Part shown: positions 1 through 9,006 of the stretch, in pieces
Layout of the letters: each line of letters starts with the position of its first letter
Position numbering within the stretch: the first letter of the stretch is position 1
Virus record (IMG/VR): IMGVR_UViG_3300028571_000012
Strand: one strand, 5' to 3'
Origin: an uncultured virus (IMG/VR IMGVR_UViG_3300028571_000012)
Lineage: Duplodnaviria; Heunggongvirae; Uroviricota; Caudoviricetes
Length of the DNA: 64,000 nt
The notes under the pieces: model-generated
Told to the model about the DNA's origin: nothing
What the model saw: only the letters and a program-made list of their open reading frames with translations
Database searches by the model: none
Position numbers and translations under genes: made by a program

Positions 1-337
1 GGCACTTACGATCATAAATGTTGTACAACTGACGCAACTTTATTGTTTTGCGCCTGCGCTTCATAAATCTTTTAGAATTGAAATAGCCAGGAATTACAAC
101 AATTGTAGGAACTGCATACGCCACGTCTGCTGTACGCATACACGGATAATCATCTGGCAATCCTGTATCATTGCTTATCCATGAGCTCCAATCATGAATG
201 TTGCCATGCGGATCATATGCTTTTACAGCACCTACCACAAGATTGCGCATTGCCGATCTTGCGTTAAAAAAACCAAGAGGTTCAAACCCACCAGAAAGGA
301 CTAGTGTTGTTTTTGTTGTTGGCGTGATAGGTTTCAT
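1..337 (-). CDS. HNH (McrA-like) endonuclease, N-terminal part, runs off window edge
   Basis: Hand translation from ATG at 337: MKPITPTTKTTLVLSGGFEPLGFF...VPTIVVI...LRQLYNIYDRKC, the typical lead-in to the first CxxC of HNH proteins; not in ORF track because truncated. Confidence 0.6.
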   Translation of the reverse strand, partial: MKPITPTTKTTLVLSGGFEPLGFFNARSAMRNLVVGAVKAYDPHGNIHDWSSWISNDTGLPDDYPCMRTADVAYAVPTIVVIPGYFNSKRFMKRRRKTIKLRQLYNIYDRKC

Positions 338-338
338 A

Positions 339-596
339 TTATATTGTTGCATTCAAAACTGTAGAAAGACTTAATCGCATATTAAAGTCACATTCTGTAA
401 TAGGTGTATCAAGTGTCACGCCATCATTTTGAGACCAACCGTTTGCATTTAAAATTTTCACTTTTAAATTTTTATGTGTCGTCCATTCATGTGCGGTCTT
501 TTTAGGTCCAAAAATATTGTCCCAATTGTCACGTCCTTGTTTGGACAATGTTTTTGAGGCAATCGAATCTCCTGTAATATCATTTTTTGCTGACAT
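339..596 (-). CDS. hypothetical phage protein
   Basis: Start moved to MSAKNDITGDSI, downstream of promoter 615-644. Confidence 0.6.
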   Translation of the reverse strand: MSAKNDITGDSIASKTLSKQGRDNWDNIFGPKKTAHEWTTHKNLKVKILNANGWSQNDGVTLDTPITECDFNMRLSLSTVLNATI

Positions 597-614
597 AATC
601 TTTATTGTGTGAAT

Positions 615-644
615 ATTATACCTTACTTTAAGGACATTGTAAAC
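615..644 (-). promoter_or_regulatory. sigma70-type early promoter GTTTACA-17-TATAAT
   Basis: Motif read directly; recurs about ten times in the window. Confidence 0.75.
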
Positions 645-665
645 AACTGTTTTCAAATCTTACGA

Positions 666-677
666 TATTTATAAATA
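666..677. promoter_or_regulatory. palindromic T4-type late promoter (TATTTATAAATA)
   Basis: TATAAATA on both strands; plus copy 670-677 is 6 nt before ATG 684. Confidence 0.7.
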
Positions 678-683
678 TATATT

Positions 684-1622
684 ATGAAAAAGAAAATAAT
701 GTTCTACGGAAATTGCCAGTTAGGTGTTTTAAGTAGAATGTTAGAAATTCACACACCTCAATTTAATGAGAACTATGAAATACTAAAAGCCGCAGATTAT
801 GATCTAGCAACAATATGGATTGAAGAAGTTGGTGTTGTCGCTCCTTTTATGTATGTACCAACTACCGAACATGGAATTGCTACCGAAAAAACGATTAAAT
901 CATTGGAAAGAATTATTGATGATTCGGATATTATTGTAATTCAAAAATTTAATGAGGCAACAGATAGACGCATCGAATTAACTACCGACTATATCTACGA
1001 CAAATATCATAGCACAAAACAAATAATATGCATTCCATCATTTTGGTTTTCTGGTTATTTGTCAGAAAACCATAAAAATGATCTACAAATACCATACATT
1101 TTTATATGGCTTTTAGAAAAAGGTTTAAATAATACGCAAATCCTAGATTGGTTAAAAAATGAAAATGATCCAAAAATTGGAGCCTTAATAGATTATAATG
1201 TGAATAGTTGTTTGGAAGAACTTAAAAGAAGAGAAGCAGATGAATGTTCCAAATATAAATGTTTCATAAGTATTTTAGATATTGTAAATACATATAAAGA
1301 AAATATCATATGTTATAATGTGAGTCACCCAAGTGAATATTACTTTAAAATGTTATACAAAAAATTGATTTGTGTTTTAGATGAAACTCTGTTCTGCAAT
1401 ATAGATGAAAACAATATTATATTGCCCGGTCCGGATTGGGAAATATTTCCGTTGGATTTATGTTGGTTTAGAGAAAACTTTAAAGATTTAAATGTCTCGC
1501 GTAACTCATACCAAACCTTTATTAATATTGATTTTATCAATACTCAAGTTGAACGCGTTAAAACACTTAATGCTGAAGATTTGCAAATATTACAACCAAA
1601 AATAGATTTTCTTAAAGCATAA
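684..1622 (+). CDS. WcbI-family polysaccharide biosynthesis protein (putative acetyltransferase)
   Basis: N-terminal FYGNCQ, PSFWFSGY and HPS motifs resemble the WcbI family. Confidence 0.6.
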   Translation: MKKKIMFYGNCQLGVLSRMLEIHTPQFNENYEILKAADYDLATIWIEEVGVVAPFMYVPTTEHGIATEKTIKSLERIIDDSDIIVIQKFNEATDRRIELTTDYIYDKYHSTKQIICIPSFWFSGYLSENHKNDLQIPYIFIWLLEKGLNNTQILDWLKNENDPKIGALIDYNVNSCLEELKRREADECSKYKCFISILDIVNTYKENIICYNVSHPSEYYFKMLYKKLICVLDETLFCNIDENNIILPGPDWEIFPLDLCWFRENFKDLNVSRNSYQTFINIDFINTQVERVKTLNAEDLQILQPKIDFLKA

Positions 1623-1626
1623 TATA

Positions 1627-2313
1627 ATGAATGTAGATATTTTAATACGATCCTATAGTAAAGATTTTGAATGGCTTGGACATTCATTAAAAAGTATTGC
1701 GCAATATTCGTCGGGTTTTTCAAACATACATATTGTTGTTCCTGAATCTGATGCGCATTTAATTGGCCATTTAACAAGTGAAAAGGTACATCCTACACTT
1801 GACATGTGTGATGGTTATCTCGCTCAACAAATAACAAAGTTGTATGCTGACACGTGGTGTAAAGGAGACTATGTTTTGCATATAGACAGCGACTGTATAT
1901 TCTATAAAGAGTTTTCACCTGAGTGTTTTTTTATTGATGGTAAACCAGTTTTACTACGAGAAAAATGTGTCGACAGTCCGTGGAATACAATATCCGAAAA
2001 AACATTGGGGTGGTATGATGAATACGAATATATGAGACGACATCCAACAATATATCCAACTTGGTTTTACGCAAAATTTAGAGAGTGGATTTTAGAGACA
2101 CATGGTTGTGAATTGAGCGAATGGATATGCAAACAACCTCATCATGAGTTTAGCGAGTTTAACACGGTGGGGCAATGGGCATACAAATTTCATCGAGATT
2201 CATTTGTATGGTGCGAACCAAAGCAATTTACAGAATATTGTAAACAATATTGGTCATGGGGTGGACTTGATGACTCTATAATTTCCGAGATTAATGGTTT
2301 GCTTAAAAAGTAA
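1627..2313 (+). CDS. putative glycosyltransferase (GT-A-like)
   Basis: GYLAQQITKL..D and HIDSD (DxD) motifs, FSEFN. Confidence 0.55.
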   Translation: MNVDILIRSYSKDFEWLGHSLKSIAQYSSGFSNIHIVVPESDAHLIGHLTSEKVHPTLDMCDGYLAQQITKLYADTWCKGDYVLHIDSDCIFYKEFSPECFFIDGKPVLLREKCVDSPWNTISEKTLGWYDEYEYMRRHPTIYPTWFYAKFREWILETHGCELSEWICKQPHHEFSEFNTVGQWAYKFHRDSFVWCEPKQFTEYCKQYWSWGGLDDSIISEINGLLKK

Positions 2314-2315
2314 TT

Positions 2316-2984
2316 ATGAAAACTATAATACTTAATGTTTCAACCATTGGGCCACATGAGAGTCTGGCTAAATTATTGGATGACGAAATAGTTTTTTATT
2401 GTAAACAAAATATTGATATTGTTCAATTAGAAGACAATTGTGTTGGAAATTTTCAGTCAGTTGGGTTTTTCAATTCTTGTTTGTGTAAAATACAAAAAAT
2501 AATCGAATATTTAAAGGCTCTAGGTGATGATGACTGCCTAATCTATTTGGACAGCGATATTTGTGTCAAGGATGATATTGTTTCAATTATGAAATTGGAA
2601 TTAGAAGACTATGATGCAGCATTTCAACAAGATAGCCCTAATGCATTATGTGGTGGAATGTTTATTTGTCGAAAAAATAGTAAAACTTTACAGTTGTTTC
2701 AAAACATATTGGATACCCTCGTTTCCAATACTGAATATTATCAAAATAAAGAATGTGATCAGACTGCACTAAATGAACAACTTGCAACCAATATTATAAA
2801 ACACAAGGCTCTAAGCGAAAGGTTTACTACCTATGGAAATATAGCTGAAGGTCTTTGGAATCCAAATTGTGTTGAGTTTGAATTACCTCACAGTTTAGTT
2901 GCATTTCACGCAAATTTTACTATAGGATTGGAAAATAAAACACTATTGCTGGATTTAGTAAGAAATAAAGTTAAGCACAACTAA
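2316..2984 (+). CDS. nucleotide-diphospho-sugar transferase (GT77-like)
   Basis: YLDSDI, LCGGMF, DQTALN, FHAN motifs. Confidence 0.7.
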   Translation: MKTIILNVSTIGPHESLAKLLDDEIVFYCKQNIDIVQLEDNCVGNFQSVGFFNSCLCKIQKIIEYLKALGDDDCLIYLDSDICVKDDIVSIMKLELEDYDAAFQQDSPNALCGGMFICRKNSKTLQLFQNILDTLVSNTEYYQNKECDQTALNEQLATNIIKHKALSERFTTYGNIAEGLWNPNCVEFELPHSLVAFHANFTIGLENKTLLLDLVRNKVKHN

Positions 2985-3006
2985 GGAGGTAAAATCCATA
3001 ATTGTT

Positions 3007-3240
3007 TTACTGAAAAGGAACGCCACCAAAAATGTGATGCACCGCTTCAACATTTCCAACACTTGCGCAACTTTTTGCTTCCCGTGCTCTTTTTAGCTTT
3101 ACTGCCATTTTTTCCTCATCAGATAAAGAATCATACCATCTTTGTTCTTGTTCCAATAGCAGTTTGGCTGTAAGAGCATTATCTTCACATGCCATTCTTT
3201 TTCGTTCTTCGTATGGCCCTCTTCTTTTTGCTTGTCCCAT
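3007..3240 (-). CDS. hypothetical protein (MGQAKRRG start)
   Basis: Start moved to ATG 3240, 4 nt after upstream stop. Confidence 0.55.
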   Translation of the reverse strand: MGQAKRRGPYEERKRMACEDNALTAKLLLEQEQRWYDSLSDEEKMAVKLKRAREAKSCASVGNVEAVHHIFGGVPFQ

Positions 3241-3244
3241 AGTA

Positions 3245-3475
3245 TTATTGTTTGTTTGGTGTCGGAAATGCAATAATATTATTTGGCTTCTGTGTTTGCT
3301 GCTGCACATTATTTTGCACTAATAATTGAATTAAGCTTTGGTTTTCATGTTGTAGTTCTTTTAGCCTAAATGCTACGGTGAGCAGCAAGGAATTTAAACC
3401 GCCGTCCGGTGTTACAATGGTTTGACTGCATCTTTCGCATGCATCAATTAATTGTTGTGTTTCAACTTGTTCCAT
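3245..3475 (-). CDS. hypothetical protein
   Basis: ORF tightly packed in operon. Confidence 0.5.
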   Translation of the reverse strand: MEQVETQQLIDACERCSQTIVTPDGGLNSLLLTVAFRLKELQHENQSLIQLLVQNNVQQQTQKPNNIIAFPTPNKQ

Positions 3476-3479
3476 AATG

Positions 3480-3677
3480 TTAGATTAAATCATCACCAGC
3501 AAGAGCCCAAATTAATGCTCCGACCCATCCTATAAGAGTAAAGCCAAAAACAATGTTAATAAACAAAATAACCCAACGGTATTTGTGTCCTTTAACAAAG
3601 GCAAGGCATGATGGGCTTAAAAATAATCCTAGTAAAGCCAAACCTATTGCCGTTAGCACGATTGCGTCATTTGTCAT
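3480..3677 (-). CDS. imm: superinfection immunity protein (T4 Imm family)
   Basis: Small membrane protein with PS..A...H....I...N...G.T.IGW..ALIWA pattern. Confidence 0.75.
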   Translation of the reverse strand: MTNDAIVLTAIGLALLGLFLSPSCLAFVKGHKYRWVILFINIVFGFTLIGWVGALIWALAGDDLI

Positions 3678-4360
3678 AATGTTAGTATGTGTTCTTTAAT
3701 TTCGTCAATGTTTAGCATTGTGGATACGCACCCATTGTTTTCAGTTACGGATGATATGTGAAAATGTCCACAATAATGTTTTTTTGGTGTACAAAGTTGA
3801 ATCAATGTTCCATGATCGTTTCGCTCTTGAACACATTCGTCCCACAGCAGACGATCGCGACTACACCAACCTGAAATATTAGCTTTATCGGTAGGGCCGT
3901 TCCACCACGGCGCACTGTGAGTAATCAGTACATCGCATTGCACCGCAAGTTCAGGACACAATACAAAACCTTCATCGCGCCAATATGATCTTTCAGGAAT
4001 ACGGTTTATTCTATCAACACTAATTGCGCCGCCGACAAACAAGAATGTTTTACCATTAATACTTTTAAGAGTGTAGTCCGACAACAGTTCCAAATTGCTC
4101 TGAACAATGCGATCACGGCCAGTGAAATATTTTGGATCATCATGATTGCCTCTGATACTGAAAAACATAATGTTGTGTTCGGCAAAAAAAGCATTAAGCT
4201 TACGCCCAATCGACTTTTCCCTTTCAGGGTGATGAAAACCAACACCCAAATCGCCAACGCAAAGCAGGTAGCAATCGCGATTGTTGTAATGCAGAATGCT
4301 GTGTTTGATGGCACCAAATGTACCATGCAAATCTCCTACTATGTAAACAGGTTTGTTCAT
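3674..4360 (-). CDS. calcineurin-like metallophosphoesterase
   Basis: GDLHG, VGDLG, RGNHD, THSAP, GHFH motifs. Confidence 0.85.
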   Translation of the reverse strand: MNKPVYIVGDLHGTFGAIKHSILHYNNRDCYLLCVGDLGVGFHHPEREKSIGRKLNAFFAEHNIMFFSIRGNHDDPKYFTGRDRIVQSNLELLSDYTLKSINGKTFLFVGGAISVDRINRIPERSYWRDEGFVLCPELAVQCDVLITHSAPWWNGPTDKANISGWCSRDRLLWDECVQERNDHGTLIQLCTPKKHYCGHFHISSVTENNGCVSTMLNIDEIKEHILTL

Positions 4361-4366
4361 AGGTCT

Positions 4367-4395
4367 ATTATAACCTAACTTTTGTTCTTTGTAAA
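4367..4395 (-). promoter_or_regulatory. sigma70-type promoter TTTACA-17-TATAAT
   Basis: -10 box 6 nt upstream of ATG 4360. Confidence 0.7.
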
Positions 4396-4398
4396 GGA

Positions 4399-5031
4399 CT
4401 ATTTTTTATTTAGTTTTCTTGAGTTCCGAGTTTTTTTAATCTCAGATTCCACTACATTTTGTTCTTTTTTAATTCTTTGCTCTAAACGCTCCGCCACTTG
4501 ATTACAATCCAACCATATGTCTTTATCATTTAAAAGATCAACAATTTCGGATGGCGTAAGAAAATCTTGATACATTTCTTGGAATAATTTTGCCGCCCAC
4601 TTGCGTTCGTGTATCATACCGTGGTACATTTCGCCACCTTTTCCTTCGGTGCCTCCACTATAATTGTGAAACATAAACATACTGTGATCTGTAATAATAA
4701 ACTCATCGGCCATTAAAAAGATTAATGTTGCGGCGCTCATACAAGCACCTTCAACACAAACAATTAGATGTGCTTTGGTTTCTGAAAGAACTTGGAGAAA
4801 TTGTATTGTTGTAAACAAATTGCCTCCAGGACAGTTTATGTAAATTTTAATGGTGTCGGTATCTCGACTGTTCCGAATTTCATGAAAACAATCAACATAA
4901 TCTTGAGGGTCACCAATTTCTTCAACCAAATAGTATTCTTTGGTTGAACCATAATCCTCAACATACGGTGTATTTTGACTTGATCTCAAAATATCTAAAA
5001 TTCCTTGCGATTTAATTGAATGTTGTTTCAT
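4399..5031 (-). CDS. ClpP-like serine protease
   Basis: INCPGG, GACMSAATLI (Ser), MFH (His), DIWL. Confidence 0.85.
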   Translation of the reverse strand: MKQHSIKSQGILDILRSSQNTPYVEDYGSTKEYYLVEEIGDPQDYVDCFHEIRNSRDTDTIKIYINCPGGNLFTTIQFLQVLSETKAHLIVCVEGACMSAATLIFLMADEFIITDHSMFMFHNYSGGTEGKGGEMYHGMIHERKWAAKLFQEMYQDFLTPSEIVDLLNDKDIWLDCNQVAERLEQRIKKEQNVVESEIKKTRNSRKLNKK

Positions 5032-5045
5032 TATATGTTTTACCT

Positions 5046-5705
5046 TTATATGTATTTTAATTTAAATTTACCGTCAGAATAAATTTTGATGTAAGAACAA
5101 ATGTTATCACAAAAAGATCCAGAATTTATATAGACACAAGTTTCAAAATATTTTATTTCGGCATAATGTGTATGACCTGCTAGCAGGACGTCATACAGTT
5201 TTCCGTATTTTTCGACAAATTTTCTGCTTACAATATTTTTAGCGTCAATCCAGGACTTACTTAATCGTTTTAAAGCTCTTGAAGTTTTATAAGACTTATC
5301 AAATTTTTGAACCCAATAGTACAACCCAGTAAAAAACCAAGTGATTATTGGTCGATGTTTTATCCAATAATCATACTTATCACCATGTTCGAAAAAGAAT
5401 GTTTTGTTGTTAATTGTAGCACAGTAGTTTTCCAAAAGCTCCATACCTGTAATTGCGCTTAAAAATTCTACATTGCTATCATGATTACCTTTTACAAAAA
5501 TGACATTATGAGTTTTTGAAAGTTTTCTTATTTTGCTTAAAATTTTCCAATCAAGCTTATCATATCGTTTAAATGAATAGTTATCAAATAAATCCCCATT
5601 GATTACGAGTGTATTAAATTTTAATTTTAAAACTTTTAATACTTTTTCTTTTTGACTTACATCTGTTCCCAAATGAACATCACTTATAACTAAAATTTCA
5701 ATCAT
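5046..5705 (-). CDS. metallophosphoesterase, UDP-2,3-diacylglucosamine hydrolase (LpxH)-like
   Basis: SDVHLG, NGDLFD, GNHD, EHGD, GHTH, NSGS. Confidence 0.75.
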   Translation of the reverse strand: MIEILVISDVHLGTDVSQKEKVLKVLKLKFNTLVINGDLFDNYSFKRYDKLDWKILSKIRKLSKTHNVIFVKGNHDSNVEFLSAITGMELLENYCATINNKTFFFEHGDKYDYWIKHRPIITWFFTGLYYWVQKFDKSYKTSRALKRLSKSWIDAKNIVSRKFVEKYGKLYDVLLAGHTHYAEIKYFETCVYINSGSFCDNICSYIKIYSDGKFKLKYI

Positions 5706-6388
5706 AATGCTTTTTCATTGTACATTTTAATTACTGTTTTTAGATCCTTTAACCATTTATATGTATTTTCTTTAAATACGATAGGATTTGGATCATCATC
5801 AACCGCCATTAATATTACACTTTGTGTAATTGGAATGTTCGTTCGTTCATAAAAAGCCGCGGCATAAAAAGCTGCTTGCATAAAATAATTTGAAATGTAA
5901 TCTTTTGTTTTGCGTTGTCGTGATGTTTTAAAATCAATGACACTTAAAATTCCTTCATATTCTGCAATACAATCAACGCGACCAGCAATCTTAAAAATGT
6001 CACTGTACAACGGAGCTTCTTGCAGCACCACTTTTCCAACGTTTGCATCAAGCATCGGTTTTATGCTGTACCATAATGCTTTTACATGCGGCATTGTGTT
6101 TGGAGGAAAAATATCCGTTTCATTATTAAGATATTTTTCAGCAATAAGATGCAACGCGGTACCTCTTGTTCCCGCGTGGTGCAGCACTCGATTTGCTTCA
6201 TGTGTACCTACCGCTGCTTTCCATCTTTCAATTCCTTCTTTAAGCACGGAACCAAGAACTGTTGTAATACTTGGATAATGTTTACCTTCAGGTGTAATGT
6301 ATATTCGTGTACCAGGAACACTGGCATCACCAAGATTGTCATAACCTAATGAGACAGGTGCATGTACAAATGTTCTATTCGATCCCAA
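5702..6388 (-). CDS. PD-(D/E)xK exonuclease conserved in T4-like phages
   Basis: YPSITTVL, RGT..H, AGRVDC, IDFKTS, YFMQ...Y; TTG start uncertain. Confidence 0.85.
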   Translation of the reverse strand: MGSNRTFVHAPVSLGYDNLGDASVPGTRIYITPEGKHYPSITTVLGSVLKEGIERWKAAVGTHEANRVLHHAGTRGTALHLIAEKYLNNETDIFPPNTMPHVKALWYSIKPMLDANVGKVVLQEAPLYSDIFKIAGRVDCIAEYEGILSVIDFKTSRQRKTKDYISNYFMQAAFYAAAFYERTNIPITQSVILMAVDDDPNPIVFKENTYKWLKDLKTVIKMYNEKAL

Positions 6389-6397
6389 AATATTATC

Positions 6398-6553
6398 TTA
6401 TATTAAATTCCAGTCAATAAACATATTTTGTTCCATATTCTTTTTCATACGGTCGTTGTTATGTTTATTCTTTTTAAATTTCCTATGATCATCGTACGAA
6501 CAATAATCTTGTGCTTTCTTTTGTCTTTTGCTATCTCTTTTTTGTTTACTCAT
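6398..6553 (-). CDS. small basic hypothetical protein
   Basis: Start moved to MSKQKRD. Confidence 0.45.
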   Translation of the reverse strand: MSKQKRDSKRQKKAQDYCSYDDHRKFKKNKHNNDRMKKNMEQNMFIDWNLI

Positions 6554-6557
6554 AAGA

Positions 6558-6818
6558 TTAACGAGTTTGAATTGTACAACGTCTTCCGCTTTTGCTTTTA
6601 ATTTTTGTAAGTACATCATTCCAACCACTGCCTGCTCTTTGTTGTAGCGTCATTGCACTTTCACTTGTAATGCTTGGAGGAAATGAAATAATTCTTTTTA
6701 CAGAACCTTCAGCGTTGCATTGTACGCAAGGTTGGTTGATAGGCAAATCGCGATCAGCCATGGAAAGACTGCAATCCCATTCGTGAGTGCACTTTTCACA
6801 TTTGTATGTGTATGTCAT
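6558..6818 (-). CDS. FmdB-like zinc-ribbon protein
   Basis: YTYKCEKC...CVQC, GWNDVL. Confidence 0.75.
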   Translation of the reverse strand: MTYTYKCEKCTHEWDCSLSMADRDLPINQPCVQCNAEGSVKRIISFPPSITSESAMTLQQRAGSGWNDVLTKIKSKSGRRCTIQTR

Positions 6819-7255
6819 AAGTTCAAATCGGGAAATGCTTCACGTACCAATGATTTGGTAAGCAAAGGATATGTTTTATGAAGCTTTTTATCTTTTGCAT
6901 CAACAATAATAGTTGCGTCCTTGTAATAAACAGTTTCAAGCAATTGAATGAATAGTTTTTCTTTTCTAAATCTATCAATTCGTGTATTACTTTTTGTAAA
7001 ACGAGGAAGCATTTGAATTGCTTGTTTCAAAGGTGAAGGTTGCAATCCTACAGGAGATTTTTCCTGTCGATACGGAGGTGCACCTTCAGGTAAATCAAAA
7101 ACTACAGAAGTGTCAAATGCGCATTGTAAAATAAATTTAAGAGCAAGTGATGTTCCATTTCTCAGAATATCAATTCGTTCTTGTTTATTTTTACTTTGCT
7201 CCAAAGATTCAAAAACTTCGTGCGGAAACAATACCATGGTTTTTCTTTTAATCAT
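6815..7255 (-). CDS. conserved T4-like hypothetical protein
   Basis: LPEGAPPY, RKEKLFIQLLE, VREAFP; usual neighbour of rnh. Confidence 0.65.
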   Translation of the reverse strand: MIKRKTMVLFPHEVFESLEQSKNKQERIDILRNGTSLALKFILQCAFDTSVVFDLPEGAPPYRQEKSPVGLQPSPLKQAIQMLPRFTKSNTRIDRFRKEKLFIQLLETVYYKDATIIVDAKDKKLHKTYPLLTKSLVREAFPDLNL

Positions 7256-7260
7256 ATATT

Positions 7261-8130
7261 TTATTTATGGAAAAATTCATTGACGCAAGATATTAAAAGA
7301 TTGCATCTTTGCGCAATAAGATAATTTAGTACTTTGGAATTGCCTTTGGTCGGCCTATTGTTGTAAGCTTCGAGAATGCCAGCTTTAATATCGGATGGTG
7401 TTTTGCTGAGATCAATAACATTCAGGTTACGAATGTAATTGCGGTAAATGTCATCAGGCATTACAGCTTGAAGATTATCATTAGAAATTGCTTTGCACCA
7501 TTCTTCAATTTGCTTTGCGCGCAATGGTGTTTGACGCGTGCCTTCTTCCAAAAACACTCGATCGGCACTCAGCACGTTTGGAACACCATCGCTGCTGTCA
7601 CCTTTAAACACATGTTCCAGCAAATAGCGTTGAGGGTTTTTATCGGATACCAATTTTTTAGTCAAAGGGCTAAACTGTTGAACATTATCATATTTTTGCA
7701 ATTGAATAAAATCTTTATCCGCACTGACAATCATAACAGGTTCATAATTGCCAAATTCCTGTGTAGTTTCTACAAGTGTGCCGATAACATCATCAGCCTC
7801 AGCCTTGGGATGTTGAATCACAGCATACGGTAAGTATTCGGAAATTTCATCTTTTACTTTATTAATAATGCGGAATATTTCAGTCCAATCGAGTGTGCTT
7901 GCTTCACGGTTTTTCCGACGTGCGCCTTTATATTCGGGAAAATAATCTTTGCGCCATGAACCGCCATCACAGGCAATTACCATCGCGCCATACTTATCAC
8001 GATACTTTAAATTGTACATTCTCAGTGAATTGAGAATAATATGGCGAATAAAGTTTTCCTCAATTTTGTCAGGTTTAACCTGAGAAAATACACCTGAAAC
8101 GGCAATGGCTGAATAATCTATGAGAATCAT
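7261..8130 (-). CDS. rnh: RNase H / 5'-3' exonuclease
   Basis: ILIDYS, SWRKDYFPEYKG.R, EADDVI, SADKDFIQL, GDSSDGVPN; start moved to MILIDYS. Confidence 0.92.
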   Translation of the reverse strand: MILIDYSAIAVSGVFSQVKPDKIEENFIRHIILNSLRMYNLKYRDKYGAMVIACDGGSWRKDYFPEYKGARRKNREASTLDWTEIFRIINKVKDEISEYLPYAVIQHPKAEADDVIGTLVETTQEFGNYEPVMIVSADKDFIQLQKYDNVQQFSPLTKKLVSDKNPQRYLLEHVFKGDSSDGVPNVLSADRVFLEEGTRQTPLRAKQIEEWCKAISNDNLQAVMPDDIYRNYIRNLNVIDLSKTPSDIKAGILEAYNNRPTKGNSKVLNYLIAQRCNLLISCVNEFFHK

Positions 8131-8151
8131 ATATTTGTTGTTTGAAGATAT

Positions 8152-8181
8152 ATTGTACCAAACTTTTACTGAACTGTAAAC
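8152..8181 (-). promoter_or_regulatory. sigma70-type promoter GTTTACA-17-TACAAT with extended TG
   Basis: Motif upstream of rnh. Confidence 0.7.
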
Positions 8182-8185
8182 AAAA

Positions 8186-8626
8186 TTATGAACTTTTTTT
8201 CCACAAAGATTTGACGTGGTTGGAGTGTATCTTGGTCCCAATAAAGTTGTTATAATAGTCATCACTTAGCAGCACCTCAAGTTGAAACTGAAGACGTGCT
8301 TCTTCATAGTTTAATTCACCTTTGGAATGGCATATTGTTAAGACTTCTCTTTGAAAATCATGTGGTCTTTCCTGAACCAGAGCTTTTACAATTTCACTTG
8401 ATCCATAATATTTTTGCCAATCACTATGAACAATTTTAGTTCGTTTTTTGGTTTTCCCTTTTAATGGAGCCAAACGTCTTTTACCTATCAGTGTTTTCTT
8501 ACCAATATATTTTTTACCGTTAAGACTGTCGGTAATACAATAAACAAAACCTACGGCACCAGCATCAATTTCTGCTTGAGCAATTTCGTCCGTAAATTCT
8601 TTTTCTTTGTAGTACCATGAACCCAT
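8186..8626 (-). CDS. GIY-YIG-like nuclease domain protein
   Basis: GFVYCIT....KKYIGKK, YYGSS, YYN. Confidence 0.7.
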   Translation of the reverse strand: MGSWYYKEKEFTDEIAQAEIDAGAVGFVYCITDSLNGKKYIGKKTLIGKRRLAPLKGKTKKRTKIVHSDWQKYYGSSEIVKALVQERPHDFQREVLTICHSKGELNYEEARLQFQLEVLLSDDYYNNFIGTKIHSNHVKSLWKKSS

Positions 8627-8636
8627 AGTTTATATA

Positions 8637-8831
8637 TTAAAATATATCGGATGCATCTTCTTCATCACAATAATTTTTATGTAAACCGCAGAACGGGCAA
8701 TATTCGGGATAAAGTTCCTCATTCGGATCATCATCTTCTTCATCATAATTATTATAGTATTTGTCACCTTCGTCATCCCAGGTAAGTTCATACGCATATT
8801 TACATTTGGAGCATTTGTTGGATTCAATCAT
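8637..8831 (-). CDS. small acidic zinc-ribbon protein
   Basis: CSKC ... YCPFCG. Confidence 0.6.
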   Translation of the reverse strand: MIESNKCSKCKYAYELTWDDEGDKYYNNYDEEDDDPNEELYPEYCPFCGLHKNYCDEEDASDIF

Positions 8832-9006
8832 TGTTTTTTAATTCTTCTTTACGTTGGTAATATGCTATTATTGGAATGATTGGCCATACACATAAAAATA
8901 TCACGCACAACATTAATAGTATGATTATTAATAGAGGGACGCTAAATAGTGATGCAATTGCATACCAAAATGGGCCAAGGTCATCGGATGGAGTTTTTTT
9001 GTTCAT
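8824..9006 (-). CDS. small membrane protein
   Basis: Long hydrophobic stretch, coupled to nrdA stop. Confidence 0.45.
   Translation of the reverse strand: MNKKTPSDDLGPFWYAIASLFSVPLLIIILLMLCVIFLCVWPIIPIIAYYQRKEELKNND

Noticed and set aside
8186..8626. Mobile homing endonuclease
   Set aside because: Short, lacks an obvious DNA-binding tail and interrupts nothing; kept only as a GIY-YIG-like CDS
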